A DNA stretch of 60,107 nt, filler included, from an uncultured bacterium (GTDB lineage Bacteria > DAOPZR01): assembly GCA_964637655.1 (NCBI GenBank). It is 2 parts of 2 records of this genome, joined end to end, with 100 filler letters (N's around TTAATTAATTAA, not from the genome) between each part and the next. Parts side by side here need not be neighbours in the genome. Positions count along the whole stretch, not along the records: positions 1 to 30,732 come from CAZWUZ010000012.1; 1 more part is not named here. One strand, 5' to 3'. Made by a program: the position numbers and the translations under genes. This document shows, in pieces, positions 12,939 to 20,031 of this stretch (the first letter of the stretch is position 1; the number at the start of each line of letters is the position of its first letter). The notes under the pieces were generated by a model. That model made no database searches and was not told the origin of the DNA. It saw only the letters and a list, made by a program, of their open reading frames with translations.

Positions 12939-14187
12939 GGGCTCGCTCCTCCCGGGCGGTTTCAATCAGCCGGCGTTCCTTCTCGACCTCCAACCGCAGC
13001 CGCTCCTCCGTCGGCAGGCACAGCATATACTTGGAGGCGAATATCCGCTTGCGGTCGTTCAATACCGAATACTTGACCACCGTTTCGTTCTTCTCCGTGC
13101 AAAGGATCAAGCCAATGGTCGGATTGTCATCCGGCGCAACAAACAGATCGTCATACATCCGCACATAGCCGTCCATCTGACCGACATCCGCATGGGTCAG
13201 TTCGTCCACCTTCAGGTCAATCAACAGATAGAACTTCAGGCGGCAATGATAGAAAACCAGATCAATATAGCGGTCCTGCTCCGCGAGGCGGATATGCTTC
13301 TGGCGGGCGACGAAGGCGAACCCATTGCCGAGTTCCAGCAGAAACCGCTGCAGATGCGTGATGATGGCCCGTTCCAGATCCGATTCCCGGAATGCGGCCA
13401 CCTCCGGCAAATCCAGAAACTCGAGGACGTAGGGGTTTTTCAGTTCGTCAATGGCGGGGGTGACCGGAACCGGCAGTCGCCGTCCGTCCGCCAGCATTTT
13501 TGCCGGCTTGCGGCTCTTCAGAATGCGTTCGTGGTAATACGAGTGAATCTGCCGCTCCAAGGTGCGCTTGTCCCAGCCGCCGGCGACGGCTTCGCGCTCG
13601 TAGAAATTGCGCGCCTCCACATTCTCCACCCGCATCAGCACGCGATAATGCGACCAGGAAAGCTGCGGTGAAAATCCCTCCGATGCATCACTACCCGTCC
13701 GGACTCCCTTTTCTTTATGCGGCAATTCTTTTCCCGTTGGGGAGAGAATTGCCGTCTCCGAAGATTCAGTACCCACCGGGTACTGAATTCTCCCATCCAC
13801 AGATTTAGTACCCACTGGGTACTGAATTCGGCGATCCATTACAACTCTTTCGCTGTACGCAAGATATAGCTTCCTGAAATTCTGGAGGTTGGGGACGGAA
13901 AAACCATTTCCGTACCGTTGCGTCAGTCGCGCGGACAAGTCTGACAGCATCTGCTTGCCGTACTCCGCCCGCCCTTTGCCGCGCTGGACCTCCTCCACGA
14001 TTTCACGCCCGATCAGCCAGTACGCCAGCACCATGTTCGTATTGACCGCACGGACCACGTTCCCACGCGCCTGGTCAAGAATCGAAACAACCCGATCAAA
14101 GAGCGGGGGAACAGCACCCGCCGCGGATGCCCGCGAATGGTCTTTCTGTTTCCTGCCCCTCTGCGTAATCCGCGGATTCTTACTCAC
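12931..14187 (-). CDS. DUF1016/YhcG PD-(D/E)xK nuclease-domain protein
   Basis: AYWLIGREIVE, LSWSHYRVL, KNPYVLEFL, FLLELGNGFAFVARQ, IDLK, DNPTIGLILC. Confidence 0.92.
   Translation of the reverse strand: MSKNPRITQRGRKQKDHSRASAAGAVPPLFDRVVSILDQARGNVVRAVNTNMVLAYWLIGREIVEEVQRGKGRAEYGKQMLSDLSARLTQRYGNGFSVPNLQNFRKLYLAYSERVVMDRRIQYPVGTKSVDGRIQYPVGTESSETAILSPTGKELPHKEKGVRTGSDASEGFSPQLSWSHYRVLMRVENVEARNFYEREAVAGGWDKRTLERQIHSYYHERILKSRKPAKMLADGRRLPVPVTPAIDELKNPYVLEFLDLPEVAAFRESDLERAIITHLQRFLLELGNGFAFVARQKHIRLAEQDRYIDLVFYHCRLKFYLLIDLKVDELTHADVGQMDGYVRMYDDLFVAPDDNPTIGLILCTEKNETVVKYSVLNDRKRIFASKYMLCLPTEERLRLEVEKERRLIETAREERAHG
13724..13827. repeat. Three ~39-bp-periodic palindromic units inside the DUF1016 linker
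   Basis: ATTCAGTACCC-ACC-GGGTACTGAAT (13764-13788) is perfect; imperfect units at 13803-13827 and 13724-13750. Confidence 0.75.
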
Positions 14188-15691
14188 CGCTCGCCTCCAG
14201 CGGACGAATCATGGACTCGATGAAGGCGATGTCGCCTTTGCTCAGGTTATACTTTTTATAGAGTTTCTCGTCCGTCCAATTGCGGTCCCATTGCTGCTGC
14301 GGTACCCAAGTGTACGTCGAGCGGGTGGCATGCTGGGTGATCTTGCGCAACGAAATAAGAAAACGGAAGAATCTGGTACGCAGGTAGCTATTGAGGCTGG
14401 CGGCCTCCTTTTTCGAGCCGACATAAAAAAACAAGTAAGTCTGCGTACATACCGACGGGGAGCCAGCGATGAAACTTGGGCCGAGTACCGTTGCTGGACG
14501 AGTGCCGCGTTCACCGTAAGCAGCTGGGACCATTACCTTCCACGTGTCAATTAGCTGCGGGCTCTTTTCTACGTCCTTACGGTTGATCCATCCGATCAGC
14601 CTTTTGCCTTGCCGATTGTAGTGCAGCGCGACATCGTTTGGTCGTTGCTTCTCATGGAAACCGTCGAAGTTGGAGGTCCAGCCGAATTCCTTGTCCGCGG
14701 ACAAAATGTCGATAATCGACTTTTCTCCCGCGTTCAGGACTTTCCGGAGAATCTTCAGCGCCCGACTGTCTCGGACGAGTATGTCGTATTCATTCAAGTT
14801 GCGTGCGACCGGACCACTAATATCATCCCCGCTGATCGTCGTAACCTCACAATCCCCCTCGTTGTCGCGGTCCCATAGAAAAAAGCAGACCCCACCCTCA
14901 AAATCCACTCCCGGGAAGACTTCATCCATTCGCTCGTAATCAACCAGCTTTCGGATTCGCCGATCTTCCAGCATCGAGCGGCGAAAGTCGGACAGCCCCA
15001 GTCCGCTGGCCATCCAACGCGATGGGATGATCATGGAAAGAAAACGCGGGTTCATCTTTTTCGCCTGGTCCACGAACTTGTTGTAGATGGGGATATCACG
15101 CGTGCCGCCGTCCGATCCCATTTGATACGGCGGATTGCCGATAATAACATCAAATTTCATTTTGAAAACCTCCTCTGCAGATTCAACGTGGATAAATTGA
15201 TAGGCGTGGCTTTCCAATTCTGTACCGCGGTCGTACTCGCCTTTTCTTGCGCCGCAAAATACGCACCGCCCGTTCTTCCAAGTGTGTTCCACGCGCTTGA
15301 AGCGGATGTTGCCTTGCGGATTGTCAAACGAATCGCAGACGGAATACTTCCCGTTCGCGGTCTTGGAGCAATACACCGACCGGCGGGCCAGCAGTACGGT
15401 CAGCTCCGTGATGGCAAGGCCGTAGATCTGGTTTTTGAAGATGTGGTTTATCCGCTGCTGGCGGTCGGGAATTTGCTTTTCCAGCCCTTTATCGAGGCGC
15501 TTGGCCATCTCGCGCAAGAATACGCCGGATTTACAGCCGGGATCGAGGAACGTGGCGTTCCTGTCGCTCCAGAGGTCCGCCGGTAGCAGGTCGAGAATCC
15601 GGTTCGCCAGTTGCGGCGGCGTAAATACCTCGTCGCTGCTAAGGTTGGCGATGCAGGTGAGAACGTCGGGGTTGTAGCCGCCGCTAACCAT
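14180..15691 (-). CDS. N6-adenine DNA methyltransferase (Eco57I-like domain) with C-terminal target-recognition region
   Basis: EVFTPP, motif I FLDPGCKSG, motif IV IIGNPPY, IIPSRW. Confidence 0.9.
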   Translation of the reverse strand: MVSGGYNPDVLTCIANLSSDEVFTPPQLANRILDLLPADLWSDRNATFLDPGCKSGVFLREMAKRLDKGLEKQIPDRQQRINHIFKNQIYGLAITELTVLLARRSVYCSKTANGKYSVCDSFDNPQGNIRFKRVEHTWKNGRCVFCGARKGEYDRGTELESHAYQFIHVESAEEVFKMKFDVIIGNPPYQMGSDGGTRDIPIYNKFVDQAKKMNPRFLSMIIPSRWMASGLGLSDFRRSMLEDRRIRKLVDYERMDEVFPGVDFEGGVCFFLWDRDNEGDCEVTTISGDDISGPVARNLNEYDILVRDSRALKILRKVLNAGEKSIIDILSADKEFGWTSNFDGFHEKQRPNDVALHYNRQGKRLIGWINRKDVEKSPQLIDTWKVMVPAAYGERGTRPATVLGPSFIAGSPSVCTQTYLFFYVGSKKEAASLNSYLRTRFFRFLISLRKITQHATRSTYTWVPQQQWDRNWTDEKLYKKYNLSKGDIAFIESMIRPLEASGE

Positions 15692-16334
15692 TGGCGATCT
15701 CCAGGAAGTGGATCGGGGGATACTCCCGCTTCGGCTCGGGGATAAACACATCGTCGCCAAGATCGGAGAAAAGCGGCAACTCCTTCCAGTCCTCATGAGC
15801 CAGCAGCCCGCGAAAGGTAAAATCGCGCCGCTTGAGTTTGCTGCCATTGACCAGCGACCATTCCGACAGAATAATATATTCCGGGTTCTCGCCCACGGTT
15901 TTGAGCGTCAGAGCGTCGCCCCGGATGATGTTGTGCTCAAGGATGAACCGGACCGCCTCCCGGCATTTGTTCTTGGCCCGGTTTTTGAAAAGCCGCGAGT
16001 AATAGTCGCAGTCGAACACGCCGTAGAGCCGATGCCGGCATTGCCGGACATTGTCCTCCAGAATGTCAATGCCATAGATCGAGGACACGGCCAGGATGGC
16101 GTAACGCTCGAAATCCAGTTGCGATTTGCCGTAGCGTTTTTCGACCACGGCCAGTTTCCGCTCCAGAATCGCGGTCAGGAAGTTCCCGTTACCGCAAGCC
16201 GGTTCGAGGAACCGGGATTCGATGCGTTCCGTTTCCTGCTTCACGAGGTCAAGCATGGCATTGACTTCGCGTCTTCCGGTCAACACCTCACCATGATCCG
16301 CGACCCGCTGTTTCGATCTTACCTGTTCTTCCAT
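15684..16334 (-). CDS. Short MTase-like protein (SAM-binding half only)
   Basis: RVADHGEVLT, FLEPACGNGNFL, IYGIDILEDNV; no (N/D)PPY motif. Confidence 0.85.
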   Translation of the reverse strand: MEEQVRSKQRVADHGEVLTGRREVNAMLDLVKQETERIESRFLEPACGNGNFLTAILERKLAVVEKRYGKSQLDFERYAILAVSSIYGIDILEDNVRQCRHRLYGVFDCDYYSRLFKNRAKNKCREAVRFILEHNIIRGDALTLKTVGENPEYIILSEWSLVNGSKLKRRDFTFRGLLAHEDWKELPLFSDLGDDVFIPEPKREYPPIHFLEIANG

Positions 16335-16741
16335 CCGTATTTCAATCTCCCTGGCGACAGGATATTCAATTGCTTCTCCCCGTGTCCCCATAGCCGTTGA
16401 CCTGCATCGTATCACCCCACCCATCCGCCGTCAACGCGCCAGAATGGCGGCTGTATCTAATGTCGATATGACAATACGAATGGTCGTAAAGTACTACCGT
16501 GGCGAGGACGGCTCACGTCCATCCATCGCCCCACCGGTACTAACGCATTTATGCATGATGCTAAGCAACATGACAAGTGCATGATGCACGTCGTTCAGGT
16601 TGCGCCATGAATGGCTAAGCAACCTGCCAGGTGCGGAATAACGTCAAGCCGTGCTTTTTTACCCATCATGCCCGCGGCGGCGCATATCCAAACGTTTTCA
16701 GATTGTTCCGAATTTCCGCGTTCACGGGCATGTTGCTTCAA

Positions 16742-16761
16742 ATTGCTAAAGTGTTAGCAAT
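16742..16761. promoter_or_regulatory. Candidate operator palindrome
   Basis: ATTGCTAA-AGTG-TTAGCAAT perfect 8-bp inverted repeat in the intergenic region upstream of the RM-like locus. Confidence 0.35.
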
Positions 16762-16908
16762 AATCTCACCCGCGAGTTCACAGCGGGGCTCCGGCCAAAG
16801 TATGTCGACGATGAGGGGGCGATGGGCGGGCGCCGCCGCCGCCAACCGCGTTTCCTTCGTCCTGCCCGCCGCCTGACTGTCAGGCATGGCAATAATCAGG
16901 CCGGTTCC

Positions 16909-17125
16909 GCAACTATTCAGCCCGATTCATGTACTTCACCTTCTCCACGGCGGGGGCGTGGGTGATACTTGGCGGCCTGAATAGTCACCCGGTGCCAATG
17001 TTCCCCCTCTCCCTTCGGGAGAGGAAGCCGCGCAGCGGCAGGTGAGGGGCTGCGTATCTGCCCTTACCCTGCACCCACTCTCCGGGGTAGCGTGGTGATC
17101 TTCGACTGCCGACCTGATTAGTTAC
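16909..17125. repeat. Cluster of TIR-motif and REP-like hairpin repeats
   Basis: GCAACTATTCAG (16909), CTGAATAGTCAC (16977), CTGATTAGTTAC (17114); 17003-17096 is an inverted copy of ~19735-19817. Confidence 0.8.
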
Positions 17126-17340
17126 CAGGCATGTTTCCTCTTGCCCGCCGAGCTTGCAGTGCAGCGACACCCGGTGGGCGTCATCGAGGCGACCGCCGTC
17201 GACCCACGCATAGTCGAGTACGAACTGCGCCAATGAGAAACCCGCACCCGTGGTCAGGCCGTTGCCCGCGTCCTGCAGCGAATCGCAGCCCACCCGCAGC
17301 GCGAACTGATCAACCGGCTTGTACTGCAGGTCGACCATTG
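17126..17340 (-). pseudogene. C-terminal fragment of a PorV/PorQ-like beta-barrel gene
   Basis: QFALRVG..GLTTGAGF...FVLDYAWVDGGRLDDAHRVSL resembles LALRAGY..LSAGLAF...VDYAFVPRAELGNVHRVGL of 34177-35664. Confidence 0.65.
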
Positions 17341-17581
17341 GCGAAAGCCGCAATATTGACCAATTTCCACCCGGGCACGTTGTGCAGGGCGGTCGGTCAG
17401 GTCGGGCGGGGGACAGAGGATGAACATAAGCACACTTTCTGTTGTGAATGTGCCAGAAACATGGCATGACAGCAAATTTCCACCGGAGAGGTCAATAATT
17501 ACAATAACTGCATTTTCGCATTTATCCTGGCATTCCCTTGATAAGTCATCAGTAGCGCCAACCGGCAAAATGCCCGCACTT

Positions 17582-17597
17582 TGGCATTGGCATTGCA
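17582..17597 (+). promoter_or_regulatory. Candidate sigma-54 promoter
   Basis: TGGCAT-TGGCA-TTGCA matches TGGCAC-N5-TTGCW, ~150 bp upstream of the 17748 gene. Confidence 0.45.
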
Positions 17598-17747
17598 ACA
17601 GTAAAATATCAGGTAAGGCAGATGCGCTGCGGCAGTATGGCAACGTTGGCACAAAGCATCAGCAACCGTTCCAGAATGGCGCGGCGACAGCATCAGGCGC
17701 TCGATCTGATGCCGCCCCGCGTATCATTTTCCTCATGGTGGTAAACG

Positions 17748-18758
17748 ATGAAGACCAGCGGACGAACAGCAGTCATGATATATCTGCGTTCCGGGTGCGC
17801 GGGTGCGCTCCTCGCCCTGATCCTGATGTTCCCGTTACCGGCAATCGCCAATCAGGCGGCGGCCGGGCGCGCCCTCTGGATCTGGGAACACGACACCCAT
17901 AAACTCATGTTTGAACCGGTGTTCCGGGCCGGGGCGATCACATTCCTGCAGGACAAGGGGATAAACACCATCTATCTTTTCGTTGATGATCTGACCCTCC
18001 GCTCGCCGCAGGAAACAAGGGAACTGGTCGCGCAATTGCACAGGCAAGGATTTACGGTCCATGCATTGCTCTGTTCCCGGGCGATCCGCGTCGCGGAACT
18101 GGCTTTGCCGGAGAACCGGGACCGCGCCCTCGCCCTGTTCGACTCCCTGCTGGCCTACAACGCGGCGTCACCCCCGGCGTCACAGTTCAGCGGAGTAAGC
18201 CTCGACATCGAGCCCTACCAGTTGGCTGAATGGGATACCCGGCGGGACATGCTGCTGCGCTCTTTCCTTGACCTCGGGGCGGCCCTGATGCAGCGCAAAA
18301 ACGAGGCGGGTGTTACCCTGACGATCGGGCCGGCGATCCCCTTCTGGTATGACGGGTTGCCGCCACTCGCGTGGCGCGGAACTGAAAAGCTGGTCAGCGA
18401 GCATGTTCAGGACATATACGATTATGTTGTCATCATGGCCTATCGCGACAAGGCTGCCGGCCGGGACAGCATCCTCAGCCATGCGCAAAACGAGCTCGCT
18501 TATGGCGACCTGATCGGTCGGCCGGTGGTGGTGGCCGTCGAAACCCGGAACGAGCACCCGCGCAAAATTACTTTTTACGACGAAAACGAGCACTATATGG
18601 AGGAGCAACTGGCACTGGCGGGAGCGTCATGGCAGAACCATTCATCGTTCGCCGGCATCGCCATCCACCATTTTGGCACCTATCGCGCCTGGAGTTCGGC
18701 CCGACTTTTCGCCGCCCGCCATGATCCCGCGGAAGAAATCCGACACCGTGAGGATTAG
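17748..18758 (+). CDS. Secreted GH18-like TIM-barrel protein; paralog of 25965-27065
   Basis: Signal peptide; RALWIWE, FSGVSLDIEPY, GPAIPFW, MAYRD, KITFY, FAGIAIHH shared with the paralog. Confidence 0.7.
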   Translation: MKTSGRTAVMIYLRSGCAGALLALILMFPLPAIANQAAAGRALWIWEHDTHKLMFEPVFRAGAITFLQDKGINTIYLFVDDLTLRSPQETRELVAQLHRQGFTVHALLCSRAIRVAELALPENRDRALALFDSLLAYNAASPPASQFSGVSLDIEPYQLAEWDTRRDMLLRSFLDLGAALMQRKNEAGVTLTIGPAIPFWYDGLPPLAWRGTEKLVSEHVQDIYDYVVIMAYRDKAAGRDSILSHAQNELAYGDLIGRPVVVAVETRNEHPRKITFYDENEHYMEEQLALAGASWQNHSSFAGIAIHHFGTYRAWSSARLFAARHDPAEEIRHRED

Positions 18759-18911
18759 CCCGGCGAGAGGGCGGCGAGCGAAGCAACGGTCCCAGGTTGC
18801 TGGCGACCAGGAGCGTCAGACGGAACGGGTCGACCTTTTTCCATATTGTCGCCCAGCCCGGCGAAACCACACAGAAGCGGGATTCCGCGGCACCACCGGC
18901 ATAATGTTACC
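18726..18911 (-). pseudogene. Degenerate internal fragment of the phosphodiesterase-EEP gene (copy of ~21817-22010)
   Basis: 18726-18754 is identical to 21817-21845, then diverges; translates GWATIWKKVDPFRLTLLVASNL vs GWDTLWKKANLWRLTLLVASNL. Confidence 0.85.
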
Positions 18912-18974
18912 GTAACTATTCAACCCGTCTGCACCCTCGCCCGCGGTTCATAGCGGGAGAGGGTGAATAATTAC
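18912..18974. repeat. 63-bp element bounded by GTAACTATTCAA...GTGAATAATTAC with internal REP-like hairpin
   Basis: Inverted ends; interior is an inverted near-copy of 2-55. Confidence 0.8.
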
Positions 18975-19119
18975 GCCTGTTGTTTTGCCAGATGTGGGGG
19001 CAAGGGAGGGCTGCAACCGGATTCCCGGCAGCCGTGGTGCGCAGATTTGTTGGATTTGCTATACTCGCTTCAGGTTCGACAGTTGGCCGCTTAGGCGGTC
19101 AGAGAGGCTGAATAGTTAC

Positions 19120-19218
19120 CTTATATATACCAAAGGTGTGATTCGCCGGATTGACGAATGTGATATTTTCTACGTTTTGGTGTCAGCTAAACGCAATACT
19201 CTCGGAGGGCGGAAATGA
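19120..19218 (+). pseudogene. 3' fragment of a probable toxin gene of a type II TA pair
   Basis: LIYTKGVIRR..FYVLVSAK begins right after CTGAATAGTTAC (19108-19119); ATGA overlap with the zinc-finger gene. Confidence 0.4.
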
Positions 19219-19421
19219 AAAAGATGATTTGTCCATTGTGCGGTGAGCCCGGGTTGGTAATCCGGAAAAACGCTGTAACCGTGGTCTTGGATGACGGGCG
19301 CAAAGGCAGTTTGTCTGCTGTGGCGCACGAACATTGTCCTCACTGTGGCGAAAACTTCTATGCTTACGGATCACTCCCCAACCTGCGCGGTCGTAGGACC
19401 CGCTTGAAAAAAGCGGTATGA
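19215..19421 (+). CDS. YgiT/MqsA-type zinc-finger protein (antitoxin-like)
   Basis: CPLCG...CPHCGENFY in 68 aa; GGAGG RBS. Confidence 0.75.
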   Translation: MKKMICPLCGEPGLVIRKNAVTVVLDDGRKGSLSAVAHEHCPHCGENFYAYGSLPNLRGRRTRLKKAV

Positions 19422-19529
19422 TCCATCGGGATAGTTAGCAGAACTTTCGCGCGCGTTCTCCCGCGCCCCGCATAACCTTTGACTTCTTGACCACGGCGAA
19501 AAACGTGGATGGCACTGTATCAGAATAGT

Positions 19530-19699
19530 AGTTCCCACTCCGTCGCGAGCCGGCGCAGGGTAGTGGCCCGGGGTTATCTTCATGAGCCGTGTCAACGCAG
19601 ACATATCTCCCTTTCCCGGACCTGGCGGCAGAGTTCCAGTGCGGTCCGGGCGGTAGGGACGAGTGAAAACCGTCCGGCGGTCGCCAAAGCCGCTTTTGC
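19530..19699 (-). pseudogene. Degenerate 3' fragment of the GT4 gene (copy of ~22510-22680)
   Basis: 19530-19557 is identical to 22510-22537, then diverges with indels; ALATAGRFSLVPTARTALELCRQVRERE vs ALATAERFSLAHTARTALDLYRQVRERE. Confidence 0.85.
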
Positions 19700-20017
19700 G
19701 TAACTATCAGGCCGGCAGTCGAAAGTTTCCTCTCCCCCCGGGAGTGGGTGCAGGGTACGAGCGGATACGCAGCCCCTCACCTGCCGCTGCGCGGCTTCCT
19801 CTCCCGATGGGAGAGGGAAAACACGGAATACCCGGCTGAATAGAACCACAACATGACAGTAACTAATCACCCTCCCGCTGCCTGCAGTGGGAGAGGGCAG
19901 GGGTGAGGTTGATAAATGTGTGCGCCTTGCAACCCTCGCAGCCCCTCACCTGCCGCTGCGCGGCTTCCTCTCCCGCTATGAACAGCGGGCGAGGGGACAG
20001 ACGGGCTGAATAGATAC
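19700..20017. repeat. Two tandem TIR-bounded REP-like elements
   Basis: GTAACTATCAG(19700)...CTGAATAGAAC(19836) and GTAACTAATCAC(19859)...CTGAATAGATAC(20006); both contain GCAGCCCCTCACCTGCCGCTGCGCGGCTTCCTCTCCCG. Confidence 0.85.
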
Positions 20018-20031
20018 CGTATTTCAGAGAA

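Noticed and set aside
16742-16761. CIRCE or Rex box
   Set aside because: Half-site order and spacing match neither TTAGCACTC-N9-GAGTGCTAA nor TTGTGAA-N4-TTCACAA
16909-20017. Canonical integron attC array
   Set aside because: Ends read GTTAC rather than GTTRRRY, no L-box bulges recognised, no IntI, and cargo is mostly fragments
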